64,000 nt of DNA, taken from the IMG/VR virus record IMGVR_UViG_3300009680_000012, positions 438-64,437 of that record. The stretch is one strand, 5' to 3'. Position numbers and translations under genes: made by a program. Below, piece after piece: positions 54,336 through 63,231 of the stretch. The stretch comes from a virus. Taxonomy: Duplodnaviria; Caudoviricetes. The notes under the pieces are model-generated. The model had not been told where the DNA came from. It saw only the letters and a program-made list of their open reading frames with translations, and ran no database searches. How positions within the stretch are numbered: the first letter of the stretch is position 1; each line of letters begins with the position of its first letter.

Positions 54336-54734
54336 TTAAATTACAGTAAATTCTCCAGGATTTTCATTGAGTGTTTTTTTGTAATCACTGTATGATATGA
54401 TTGATTCAGTACCTTCAACAACACATTTAAAACAGCGCATTTCAAAAGGTAACATACCTTCTTTTACTTTTTTACCACAAGCGAAACAAAGCCGTCTTTT
54501 CTTCATTTCTCGTAGCATATTATAATAAAGTTCTCTTGCAGCTCTTGACATACACCCCATATAACCGGATGGATGTGAACCATAACGTTCATACGCTTGC
54601 ACTAATGTTGATATAGTTTCAAACAGGTATTTGTTACCTAACCTACTAATGTGTACCTTTTGTCCATTTTCCTTACATAAACACGTAGGACTGGACTTAA
54701 AAACCATACGCCTCAACAAATCAGATTCATTCAA
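54336..54734 (-). CDS. Hypothetical protein with Cys clusters
   Basis: CLC, CFAC..CFKC; AAGGAGG RBS. Confidence 0.65.
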   Translation of the reverse strand: MNESDLLRRMVFKSSPTCLCKENGQKVHISRLGNKYLFETISTLVQAYERYGSHPSGYMGCMSRAARELYYNMLREMKKRRLCFACGKKVKEGMLPFEMRCFKCVVEGTESIISYSDYKKTLNENPGEFTVI

Positions 54735-54761
54735 CTAAAGCACCCCCCTCCTTATACGGAT

Positions 54762-54796
54762 AAAATAAAAGCCGGGAAGAATTATATCTTCCCGGC
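54762..54796 (-). terminator. Intrinsic terminator
   Basis: GCCGGGAAGA-ATTATA-TCTTCCCGGC with a minus-strand U-tract. Confidence 0.85.
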
Positions 54797-54812
54797 GCAC
54801 CAGACACTCGTA

Positions 54813-55169
54813 TTAGTCCAGCAATTCGTCTACCGCTACCCAACAGTTATTGTCTGCATTATACTGCATGATAAATTTACGGTCCTGCAAATTGTATTCT
54901 ACCAGCCAATTACTAAGACCCTTTCTATTAGTCAGGATACTGCCGCTACCATACGTAGTACGGTTAAGGGTAAGGCCGTTGGGTTCTTCAGTTTCAGCAA
55001 TTACAGGTAGGTTATCCTTCGTAATTCCTAATCTAATCCGTTTGGTGCTGATCTTAGTGGTTATGGTTTTTGAAATGTAGATATTCTTTGGACCAATTTT
55101 GACAACATCACCCTCTAAGGCCGTTGTAGGATTACGCCGGGGGATAAACCATTGAATTTGATTAGACAC
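54813..55169 (-). CDS. Hypothetical protein
   Basis: AAGGAG RBS. Confidence 0.7.
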   Translation of the reverse strand: MSNQIQWFIPRRNPTTALEGDVVKIGPKNIYISKTITTKISTKRIRLGITKDNLPVIAETEEPNGLTLNRTTYGSGSILTNRKGLSNWLVEYNLQDRKFIMQYNADNNCWVAVDELLD

Positions 55170-55236
55170 TAAACAACAACTCCTTTAAAATTAATTTGTT
55201 TTAGTTTATCATGTAGGTACAAGCAGTTCTATCGGT

Positions 55237-56358
55237 TTAATCTTCCATTACTGCTCCATACCTATCACAACCACTGTAATGACGCTCATAGTATTCCAGT
55301 ATAGCGTCTATCACAAAACCTTCAGCAACGCACAGCAAGTCATCTGCATTGTCTCGTAGGAAGTTATCCCAATTTTTCATTGATCCAAAATCAGTGTTAT
55401 TGTACAAATCTTCAGCAGTAATCGCTAACAGTAAAGTAAAATCATCCGCACTTTCTTTATCAATATCTTCTAGCGAACAATGTTTATCGGCAGTATCTTG
55501 TGGTAATTGTTTAACTTCTGCGGTATTTTTTGTTGCTTCTGTAGACACATACTTGTCATAATACTCATCCAAACTATGCCCATTGAGCCATGAATCATAG
55601 CAAAAACCATTGCTCCAGCAAGCGTTACGTTGTCCGGGGCTATAGTCAAAGTAGCTGTACTTAGCCTTTTCATACTTAAAGATTCTTTTAGGAATGTTCT
55701 TGAATATTTGTTTGATCCTGCCTATAGTGGTTTCCAAGTGGTTAAGATTAAGGTATTCCCTTTCACTATGTTGGTGTCTGTAACCTACTGAAAGATTAAC
55801 TCCAGCAATTCCCCAGGCAGGACAGAGTATGGAAATATCTGTGAAAGAACCGTAAGCCTTAGTAAAACCAAAACTCTTAATATATTTGGTAAACTTTTGG
55901 TTATCACAACTATAAAACACCATGTCATTTTCTCCCGCCCGGTCGAGTTCAATGATAAACTTTACCTCTGGTACTTCCAGCTTTTTAGTTGCGTCTGTAG
56001 CACCCTTACCACCTGATTCTTCCAAGTCACATAACAGTATATGTGGTCTTAAACCAGCCTTGAGTATCTCCAAAATAGCCACCACCCCGGCACGATCATC
56101 AGCTCCCAGACCATCAGGAGAAGTAACTATGTTACTCTCCTGATCATAGATAAACAGTTGTGGAGGGGTCTTAAACACTGTATCTACATGGGCAACCAGC
56201 ATAACAGGTACGTCACCCTTAATGTAAGTAAACAGACTCCCTACTACGTAACTTTCAGGACTATATCCAAATTCCTCCATAGCCATAGTTTCCAGCCTTG
56301 CCAACAATGGTTGTGGCTTGGCTTCAAAAACCCATTGATAGTCTTTAAAATTAATCAT
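55237..56358 (-). CDS. M20/M28-family zinc peptidase
   Basis: LVAHVDTV, GLGADDRAG, DLEESG, IELDR, FTDIS, NLSVGYRHQHS. Confidence 0.9.
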   Translation of the reverse strand: MINFKDYQWVFEAKPQPLLARLETMAMEEFGYSPESYVVGSLFTYIKGDVPVMLVAHVDTVFKTPPQLFIYDQESNIVTSPDGLGADDRAGVVAILEILKAGLRPHILLCDLEESGGKGATDATKKLEVPEVKFIIELDRAGENDMVFYSCDNQKFTKYIKSFGFTKAYGSFTDISILCPAWGIAGVNLSVGYRHQHSEREYLNLNHLETTIGRIKQIFKNIPKRIFKYEKAKYSYFDYSPGQRNACWSNGFCYDSWLNGHSLDEYYDKYVSTEATKNTAEVKQLPQDTADKHCSLEDIDKESADDFTLLLAITAEDLYNNTDFGSMKNWDNFLRDNADDLLCVAEGFVIDAILEYYERHYSGCDRYGAVMED

Positions 56359-56370
56359 TTGACAACCTCC

Positions 56371-57654
56371 TTAAACTGCTTCATAAATAGGTTCCGGGGT
56401 ATAATGAACGTGATAATTTTCCCGAACACAGGAAGGACAGTAAATTACTGAGGGGCTAATACTAACCGCGCCTACATCACTGGTAAAATGATTACGGCAA
56501 CCGTTACAGTAATATATTGGTGCTTTATTATCACAGTGAGGACAGTAAAAACTCTTAGCACTATGATCCTCCCGGATTTCGCCACACCGGATACAGGGTA
56601 TTCCCTCAGAACCAATACGTAATTTAATCTTTTTAGTTAAGGTTTCTGCTTTAACACAGGCGGTAGGACCATCAGTGTAAAGCAAATACTTGTTAGCAGC
56701 TCTATAATTTACCACATCGGACACAAGATAATCACCGTGTGTATAGTCTATGTTTCTGAAGTCACCTGCGTAATTATGCACATTACACAGTAAATCCTGC
56801 AAAGGTTTATACAACGCTTCCTGCGTTTGAATTTGGCTCTGTGGATACTGCCGTCCGACTAAAGCCACCGGAATAGTTGAGCCAAGATGAACCCAAGCCC
56901 GCCAAATTTTAGCTGGAACTTCTACGTGTTCTAAAGGATTGCTAAAAGGATTAAAGGTAGAACGGTAAACGTAAGCCAGCAATGTTTTGTTGTCACATAG
57001 ATACGACAGTGTTGATGTTTTATAAATACCTCCACCATCATTGCCTTTTTGAATATCAAAACAACTGGAAAAATTAGGCGATACACTTGCCAGTAAATAG
57101 TCAAGCGGGTTAAGGGATATAATTACATTTTTTGTGCTGGTCAAAGCCTTAATCAATAAGCTCAGAGAAGTTTCCAAAATATGCTTCTGCTTATCGTTAG
57201 GCTTGCTATCCAGGATGTTGTTCTGCATCCACAACTGGAAGTATTTTGATGCTTTAGTACCCTTATTAAGTTTTTTGTCCTGGTTAGCCGGGTTAGGACG
57301 GTCCTTAAGTAGACGGTTCTGCTTAAGCTCTTCTGGCGTAACCAGATAAAAACAAAAGTACGCCAGTATGTCCGTAAGTAAGTAAACATCTTCTGCATTT
57401 GCCTTACTGCGGATATGCTCCAAGCATTGTGTCCGTACTACGTGTTGAATGTCTTTGAAATCAATAGTGCTAAATTCATCCGCTGTATGGATAATTCTTC
57501 CGGTGTGGTCAAAGAAAGGTAACAGGTGTTTTTTATTCTCCAACCACAAGGTTTTAAGCGCAGCAACTCCTTCCTTAGTAGCGTTGTAACCTAAATTAAC
57601 CAACATCCTCTCCGCAAACTCCCAAGACTGATCCAAACTAAACTCTGCCAGCAT
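56371..57654 (-). CDS. Hypothetical protein with C-terminal Cys (zinc-finger) clusters
   Basis: IISLNPLDYLLAS..FSSC, GRQYP motifs; CIRC, CPHC, CNGC, CPSC. Confidence 0.7.
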   Translation of the reverse strand: MLAEFSLDQSWEFAERMLVNLGYNATKEGVAALKTLWLENKKHLLPFFDHTGRIIHTADEFSTIDFKDIQHVVRTQCLEHIRSKANAEDVYLLTDILAYFCFYLVTPEELKQNRLLKDRPNPANQDKKLNKGTKASKYFQLWMQNNILDSKPNDKQKHILETSLSLLIKALTSTKNVIISLNPLDYLLASVSPNFSSCFDIQKGNDGGGIYKTSTLSYLCDNKTLLAYVYRSTFNPFSNPLEHVEVPAKIWRAWVHLGSTIPVALVGRQYPQSQIQTQEALYKPLQDLLCNVHNYAGDFRNIDYTHGDYLVSDVVNYRAANKYLLYTDGPTACVKAETLTKKIKLRIGSEGIPCIRCGEIREDHSAKSFYCPHCDNKAPIYYCNGCRNHFTSDVGAVSISPSVIYCPSCVRENYHVHYTPEPIYEAV

Positions 57655-57671
57655 TTACAAAACCTCCTTTT

Positions 57672-57708
57672 AAAATTAAAAGAGGTAGTGCTAAGAAGCA
57701 CTACCTCT
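57672..57708 (-). terminator. Intrinsic terminator
   Basis: AGAGGTAGTGCT-AAGA-AGCACTACCTCT with a minus-strand U-rich tail. Confidence 0.8.
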
Positions 57709-57724
57709 AACCAGGAACGCCTCA

Positions 57725-58081
57725 CTAAAAACCCTCACACATTGCCAGCACCCTAAACGCGTCCCCAATCGCATTATACAAGTGCTTTCGTTTAGCATGA
57801 ATTTGTAAACGAGTAGTATTATCGCAGTATATAACTTCCCAAGTCTGCTTTAGAGTAGCCCGAATATCTTGCCGCAGTAAATATGATGCATCAGCAGAAA
57901 GCATACTTGGTCTTATTGTAATTAAAACCAAACCAGTATCATCAGCAAGCGGAACCAAGTCTACCCGGTAGCGACCAATCCTACCAAGAAAGTAGGCCGG
58001 GCTATACTCACAGAACTTCTCTTTAGCAAGGTTATATTCCTGCAAAAATATACTTACATCCACTTCATTATCCCTCCCCAT
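57725..58081 (-). CDS. Hypothetical protein
   Basis: Overlaps the phosphatase stop. Confidence 0.65.
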   Translation of the reverse strand: MGRDNEVDVSIFLQEYNLAKEKFCEYSPAYFLGRIGRYRVDLVPLADDTGLVLITIRPSMLSADASYLLRQDIRATLKQTWEVIYCDNTTRLQIHAKRKHLYNAIGDAFRVLAMCEGF

Positions 58082-58877
58082 GTATGCTTATATATTCTTT
58101 GCAAGCAACTGCATATTTTAATACATCGTCAGCACCTTTGTCTTTGAGGAAACAAGTACCCCGCCACTGTGATGTAGCGGTAAAAAACACACAGTTGTTG
58201 CAACGGTTTTCGGTAACTGTTTTAGTAGCACCATAAGAATAACCCCAATCGTCGCCATAACCCCAAGAGGTAAAATCATCTAAGCCATAACTACGAAAGC
58301 CCATTATCCTAGTGGGTTTGACGTACAGTTCCTTAATCTCAGGCATGTTTAATACTTCTGCTATGTGGTCCCGTTGTTCTGCGGTTTCTACTGCTTCTTC
58401 ACAGTAGTTTTTCCGTAGAAAAGTAACCGGGTCAGGGTCGATCTGGCCTAGCATACCCAACACCACCGCAGTAAAATACCCGGTTCTACCATGACCACCT
58501 AAGCAGAAGATACCTACATTTAATCCAGCCTGTACCATACGGGTTACTTTATCTGCCTTACTTTTAAGCACATCTTCAGGCAGTATATCGTAATCCTCTA
58601 TTGGCACATACATAATTTCACCACGCCAGTTAGTATCCCATACCCTACCATCTAAACTGTCTAAGGGTACGAGAACATCCACCGGAACATCTAAGAAGTC
58701 CCGGTAATCTCGGTTCTTACCCACAAATAGATGTGGATAAATTTCGGTTATCCCTTTGTGACAGTCCGCGTAGGTTTTATCCCTCGATTGCTCTGTATCT
58801 GAATTTAGTGTCGTATCTTTGGACTGGCCCAATGTTTGGTGTCTTTTTCTCTTTAGGTTGTATTTTCGTCGGCTCAA
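58068..58877 (-). CDS. Dual-specificity/protein-tyrosine phosphatase (CX5R)
   Basis: IYPHLFVG, PIEDY (general acid), IFCLGGHGRTG P-loop, AVETAEQ; AAGGAGGTG RBS. Confidence 0.9.
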   Translation of the reverse strand: MSRRKYNLKRKRHQTLGQSKDTTLNSDTEQSRDKTYADCHKGITEIYPHLFVGKNRDYRDFLDVPVDVLVPLDSLDGRVWDTNWRGEIMYVPIEDYDILPEDVLKSKADKVTRMVQAGLNVGIFCLGGHGRTGYFTAVVLGMLGQIDPDPVTFLRKNYCEEAVETAEQRDHIAEVLNMPEIKELYVKPTRIMGFRSYGLDDFTSWGYGDDWGYSYGATKTVTENRCNNCVFFTATSQWRGTCFLKDKGADDVLKYAVACKEYISIHGEG

Positions 58878-59880
58878 CTACTACACCTCCTTCCTCTCTT
58901 TCCCGTTCTCTTCGCTCTCTTCGTTCTCTCCGTTCTCTTCGGTAATATCTGCTCCCGTCCTCCCCAAAACGCCGGCCAGTTTTCTCGAAAGTTTTATCAA
59001 CAATTTCCTGGCCCCATTGAATAGGTACATAAGCTAACACCGCCGCCACATAGTTATCAAAGTTTTTCCAGGAACAGTTGTATTTTTCACTGAGTAAAGA
59101 GGTATAAGCTGGCGTAAATGCTGCTTTTTCTTCGTAATAATCAGGGTACCAAGCAGTAATACAGTAAGGCTCTATAGTACGAGAAACCGTAATGTAAGGG
59201 TGTAAGGGGTATTTGTTGTTGTTGGGTAAAATTCCCAGGCTTTTGCCGATGTTAACTAGATTATTACTATATCCAGACTTCACAATTAACCAAGTCGGGT
59301 GTTTAGTCTCTGTTTTTTGGGTCAGAAAACTCTGGTAGACGCCACTTCCTATTTCATCCATAGCAAATATCATAGTATCCCGTTTATTAAGGAAAATCGA
59401 ACCATTATGGCTTAGATCGACCACATGGTCTATGAAACCAACTACAGAACCAAATTTGAATCGGTTAAGCCCTGCGTCGGCTATCGTACCCCACTTCTCC
59501 CCACCATAAGCAGACTGCCAATAGTAGTTGTTAAACAGTATAGAGGACGCTTCCAAAATACTTTGTGGGTCATACGCTTTTAGTTTTGCATAAGCCATAT
59601 TCCTACCACCACCTGCGGGCAGCCCCCGACAACAATATTTACAGTGAACATCTGCGTGACGTGCCTCCCCACCGCACGTTAACACAATGTAATCAAAGAG
59701 CATATTGGCAAGGTTGTTTATGTACTGCTCTTTGTGCTGCTGGAACGCTTTAACCCACCAGCGGTTGCTTTTAAGCCACATATCCGGCTTAGCTAAGGCT
59801 TCTATAGCCAACAGGCTATAGAAATACCTAACCGCCGCGTACCCCTCAACTGGATAAATTGGCTTTGACACCGCTACCAT
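58777..59880 (-). CDS. Hypothetical protein with an Arg/Glu repeat tail
   Basis: GGEARH, YGGEKWGTIA, DHVVDLSHNG motifs; RRERRERRERERE. Confidence 0.7.
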   Translation of the reverse strand: MVAVSKPIYPVEGYAAVRYFYSLLAIEALAKPDMWLKSNRWWVKAFQQHKEQYINNLANMLFDYIVLTCGGEARHADVHCKYCCRGLPAGGGRNMAYAKLKAYDPQSILEASSILFNNYYWQSAYGGEKWGTIADAGLNRFKFGSVVGFIDHVVDLSHNGSIFLNKRDTMIFAMDEIGSGVYQSFLTQKTETKHPTWLIVKSGYSNNLVNIGKSLGILPNNNKYPLHPYITVSRTIEPYCITAWYPDYYEEKAAFTPAYTSLLSEKYNCSWKNFDNYVAAVLAYVPIQWGQEIVDKTFEKTGRRFGEDGSRYYRRERRERRERREREREEGGVVVEPTKIQPKEKKTPNIGPVQRYDTKFRYRAIEG

Positions 59881-60107
59881 TCCTCCTTTGCCGCCAGTGA
59901 CGCAACCTTTAGGGCTAAACCTTCCATATCATAGCCCTGGTATTGTCCTGAAACTCTGCGGCCCTGAATTACGCCTGCAAAAAACGCGAACAGCACCGCA
60001 TCAGAAACATCTTTGATTTTGTCGTAAATAATCTGATTCTGTAATGCCTGCTCCAGCAGTTCCGGGTCCTCTTTGGAAATACTAGCCATTCTTTCAATAA
60101 CCGACAT
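59874..60107 (-). CDS. Hypothetical protein
   Basis: AAGGAGG RBS. Confidence 0.7.
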   Translation of the reverse strand: MSVIERMASISKEDPELLEQALQNQIIYDKIKDVSDAVLFAFFAGVIQGRRVSGQYQGYDMEGLALKVASLAAKEEW

Positions 60108-60238
60108 AGTAATACCTCCTTTCTACTTTAAAAATAAAACAGCCAAGCCAACGGCTTGGCAAAACCACCGCACAACAATTAAGGTAATTACGAAAAAGAA
60201 CAATTGTTTCACTGTTTAAGCCCCCTCCTTAGTAAAAC

Positions 60239-60811
60239 CTAAAAGCACAAAGCACTAATTCCTTTATCTTTTAGTTCTTTCTGCTTTAATAAAGCCTCTT
60301 CCAAGTCCTTATCAGGAACAAACAAATTCCAGTTGATGTGTTGGCTTAATACAAACAACGAGGGACTTCTTTCATAAAGCAAATATTCTTTTGCTTTATA
60401 TGTTACTTGCTGACCGTCAACGCCACGCGGCATTATACCGCAGGATACGCAGCATGAGGTAGCTACAACTTTTCCAGTAATCGTACCTGTATCTGCGTCA
60501 CACTGTCCCTTGATTATCATATCGTAGCACCAATGCTTGTTGTCTTTATCGTTCACAGCGTGACCCATATAAAAATAACTATCCATAACTTTATCCGTTA
60601 CAAGTTCTAAATGAGTAAATGGAACCCACCAACAACGCCCTGCATACTCAGGAATAGCATTGTGACCATGAACTTGATTGTCGAATATAACCAAAGCGAA
60701 ACCCGCACATCCTCCGCTGCCTATCTCCCATATTGTTCCACACTGGTCCATAATCCACGGATTACCGTCATGTGGTTGCATACACCGTACCCTATCCCCT
60801 ACACTAAACAC
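60239..60811 (-). CDS. SH3/KOW-like domain protein, paralog 1
   Basis: FSVGDRVRC..DGN..G..FD..GH..CWWVP..L.L.T; later CCVSC. Confidence 0.65.
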   Translation of the reverse strand: MFSVGDRVRCMQPHDGNPWIMDQCGTIWEIGSGGCAGFALVIFDNQVHGHNAIPEYAGRCWWVPFTHLELVTDKVMDSYFYMGHAVNDKDNKHWCYDMIIKGQCDADTGTITGKVVATSCCVSCGIMPRGVDGQQVTYKAKEYLLYERSPSLFVLSQHINWNLFVPDKDLEEALLKQKELKDKGISALCF

Positions 60812-60822
60812 TCTAACACCCC

Positions 60823-61329
60823 CTAACTTGTGGTAGTAGCTTCTACCAACCACCGGGAAAGTTGCGGCGTTAAACAGTAAAAATTTCTAGCAATATCAGT
60901 TATCATAAATTCAGAGTTACGTTTCTTAAACGCCATTCCATCCAGGTGTCTGCCCGGTAAATCGCACTTGGCACAGCGCGTAGAAAGGATTACTTTTCCT
61001 TCTAACAGATCACCAACCATAGTCCCTTTAACCACTAACGCACTACAGTCATGGTCTTGTGCAACAGTGCGTATGTAGTAGTACATAACGCATTCTTTAG
61101 AAGTGGCAAGCACTAATTTTTCGGGCGGGAAACACCAAACATGCCCTGTTTGGCCGCCACTATCGTCGTGACCGCCAATATGCTCGTCAAATTCTACGGC
61201 ACACCAGCTAACACCAGCATCCGTAAACTTATTAATTACTGTATTAATTACTGTGCCGAGTTTATTCAGTGTTCTGTGGTTACCGTCTTGTACTGCAACA
61301 CACCTTACGCGATCTCCGATTAAAAACAT
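60823..61329 (-). CDS. SH3/KOW-like domain protein, paralog 2
   Basis: FLIGDRVRC..DGN..G..FD..GH..WCFP..L.L.T; later CAKC. Confidence 0.7.
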   Translation of the reverse strand: MFLIGDRVRCVAVQDGNHRTLNKLGTVINTVINKFTDAGVSWCAVEFDEHIGGHDDSGGQTGHVWCFPPEKLVLATSKECVMYYYIRTVAQDHDCSALVVKGTMVGDLLEGKVILSTRCAKCDLPGRHLDGMAFKKRNSEFMITDIARNFYCLTPQLSRWLVEATTTS

Positions 61330-61484
61330 TTTCTCACCTCCTTAGCCACCAAAAAACCCAAATCCACGCCGAAAGAACAATAATACCACCGACGAAAAAA
61401 CCTAACCAAAAAATGCTTATAAGACCACCCCCTTTCATAGTTTACTCCCGGCTGAACACCCTCAAGTGTTCAGCAAGCAGGAAA

Positions 61485-61817
61485 CTACTTCTGAATGAGT
61501 ATTTCAATAACTTCACCGTTAAGCAGGAAAATCCTGCAATCTGGTACAGTCCAACCGTACCGGTTGGCTAAGTCTTGGTAATGTTTTATAACTTCTTCCA
61601 GTGTTTCAGCTTTTACTTTATTTTCCCACTTAGACCAGCGATCTCCACAGCAGGGACAGTCAATCCCTTGAGAAACCCCCTGCCAATAACACCCCAGTTC
61701 TTCCGCTTTTTCAACCGCTTGTTCGAAGCTATGCGCTTCGACGATTACCCGGTGACACAGTTTGTCATTAACCACAAACCGCCCACCGGAGTTATTTTGG
61801 TTAAATTCCCAGTACAT
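61485..61817 (-). CDS. Conserved phage protein
   Basis: FNQNNSGG.F, IVEA..A.EKAEELG.Y, DCPCCGDRW motif recurrent in phage early regions. Confidence 0.8.
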   Translation of the reverse strand: MYWEFNQNNSGGRFVVNDKLCHRVIVEAHSFEQAVEKAEELGCYWQGVSQGIDCPCCGDRWSKWENKVKAETLEEVIKHYQDLANRYGWTVPDCRIFLLNGEVIEILIQK

Positions 61818-61828
61818 TTTCTCACCTC

Positions 61829-62134
61829 CTAAATTGAATTGTTCATACAGTCTCTACCATAACTGACCAGACTGCATGTAACACAATCGCCATCGTTCTG
61901 CGTACAGTAGTCGGGGCGTTTAACCAAGTCAGAATCTTCAGAAAACATTTTGTCAAAACATTCTCCGCAAATCCCGGAAATTAAAAGCTCCCGTTCTGCA
62001 GGTGTAAAAGTCGGAAAAATATCCTGTACCTTCTTATCACCAGCCAACAATTCTGTAAGTTGTGTGTTAGTCATTATAATTTTAAACGTCTTGCCGCAAC
62101 TTACACATGTGGGAATAAACCATACGTCAAACAT
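61829..62134 (-). CDS. Zinc-binding hypothetical protein
   Basis: CVSC..ERELLISGICGECF..C..C..C..C. Confidence 0.75.
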   Translation of the reverse strand: MFDVWFIPTCVSCGKTFKIIMTNTQLTELLAGDKKVQDIFPTFTPAERELLISGICGECFDKMFSEDSDLVKRPDYCTQNDGDCVTCSLVSYGRDCMNNSI

Positions 62135-62157
62135 TCAGTCACCTCCTTTCATAGCAT

Positions 62158-62341
62158 CCTCCCTCCCCAACCCTCTCTGAAGGTTGGGACGGGAAAAAAC
62201 TAATCTCCCGATTACCGGATTTTTTAGTCTATACGGGGTATAACCCGTACACTCAGATCAGCAAGCTCGACCTGCTGATCTGTGGAGTTTCCTCCCTCCC
62301 CAGTCCTACAATACAGCAGGACCGGGACGGGAATAAACTCC
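62158..62341 (-). other. Intergenic cluster of hairpins with a duplicated bulged stem
   Basis: CCTCCCTCCCCA (62158-69, 62291-302) and GGGACGGGAA (62186-95, 62324-33) flank different inner stems; also TACGGG/CCCGTA and CAGATCAGCA/TGCTGATCTG. Confidence 0.6.
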
Positions 62342-62893
62342 CTAGTACAGACTGCCCTCTGCTTCGATCTTGTCGGAGGCCCTGCGGAGCCTCCTGTATT
62401 CCCTGACTGTCAGGGCGCGGATGCCCTGATAGCCCGTACCACATGCGTCAAAATCGCATGTGGTTTCGGTATATACCTTGTATATACCAGGGTATTCTGT
62501 AAGGGGGATATATCGGGTGTAAAACCCATATTCCCCACCGTTGTTGCACTTCTCACCACCAACGGTGTCAGTAAAAACCACATCGTTTTCAGAAACATAA
62601 AGCTCCTTCCCTGTGGCATAAGCCACAGCCTTGATTAAGTCAGTAACGTCGACCCACAGGTCAATCATCTCCAGTGCATCTAGCACCGGGAAAGTTGTCT
62701 CATCTTCCCAACGGCCCTCCCATATACCGTCCTTAGTCGGACGATACACGAAGAGCATTACCCCGAGGGAATCTCGATGATCCCAACCGCTAGTTACGGC
62801 CATGGTGTTATCCTGGTCATCTACCAGGACAACGAAACCGGGCTTAAACGTAAACCCGGCTTCTTGGAACCTATTCACACAAACTTTTAACAT
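62342..62893 (-). CDS. Hypothetical protein
   Basis: AAGGAG RBS before ATG 62893; the ORF-track extension through the tandem repeat lacks an RBS. Confidence 0.7.
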   Translation of the reverse strand: MLKVCVNRFQEAGFTFKPGFVVLVDDQDNTMAVTSGWDHRDSLGVMLFVYRPTKDGIWEGRWEDETTFPVLDALEMIDLWVDVTDLIKAVAYATGKELYVSENDVVFTDTVGGEKCNNGGEYGFYTRYIPLTEYPGIYKVYTETTCDFDACGTGYQGIRALTVREYRRLRRASDKIEAEGSLY

Positions 62894-62954
62894 TATTTCT
62901 CCTTTCGCCACAGCCTGCAAATCGTCAGGTCTTACGTGGTGGTGTGCTAAAAGC

Positions 62955-63061
62955 ATCACACCACAAACCCACAAGCTGTAGTACCGTAGTACCGTAGTAC
63001 CGTAGTACCGTAGTACCGTAGTACCGTAGTGTCTTAGCATCTTGTGGTCTTGTGGTGTGAT
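62955..63061. repeat. (GTAGTACC)x6.6 tandem array flanked by a 21-bp inverted repeat
   Basis: Array 62978-63030; arms ATCACACCACAAACCCACAAG (62955-75) and CTTGTGGTCTTGTGGTGTGAT (63041-61), 19/21 complementary. Confidence 0.85.
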
Positions 63062-63070
63062 ACTAAAAGT

Positions 63071-63167
63071 TGCCCCTGGTCTTATAGTCTACCCGTAAAC
63101 CGCCAAACTATTCAACGCTACGCCGAACAGCCTAACCTAACGCTGGGTAGTCTATAAGACCGGGGCA
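63071..63167 (-). other. 97-nt long hairpin, sso-like or structured RNA
   Basis: Outer 23-bp arms; inner stem pairs fully only on the minus strand via G.T; TAGCGT at the apex. Confidence 0.65.
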
Positions 63168-63231
63168 CTAGGAAAAAAAAACCAAAAAAGTAAAATGGCA
63201 GGTGATTCAGAAATGAATCACCCACCGCTTT

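Noticed and set aside
62893-63040. N-terminal extension of the 62342 ORF through the octamer repeat (phase-variable gene)
   Set aside because: No RBS before ATG 63040; a good RBS precedes ATG 62893
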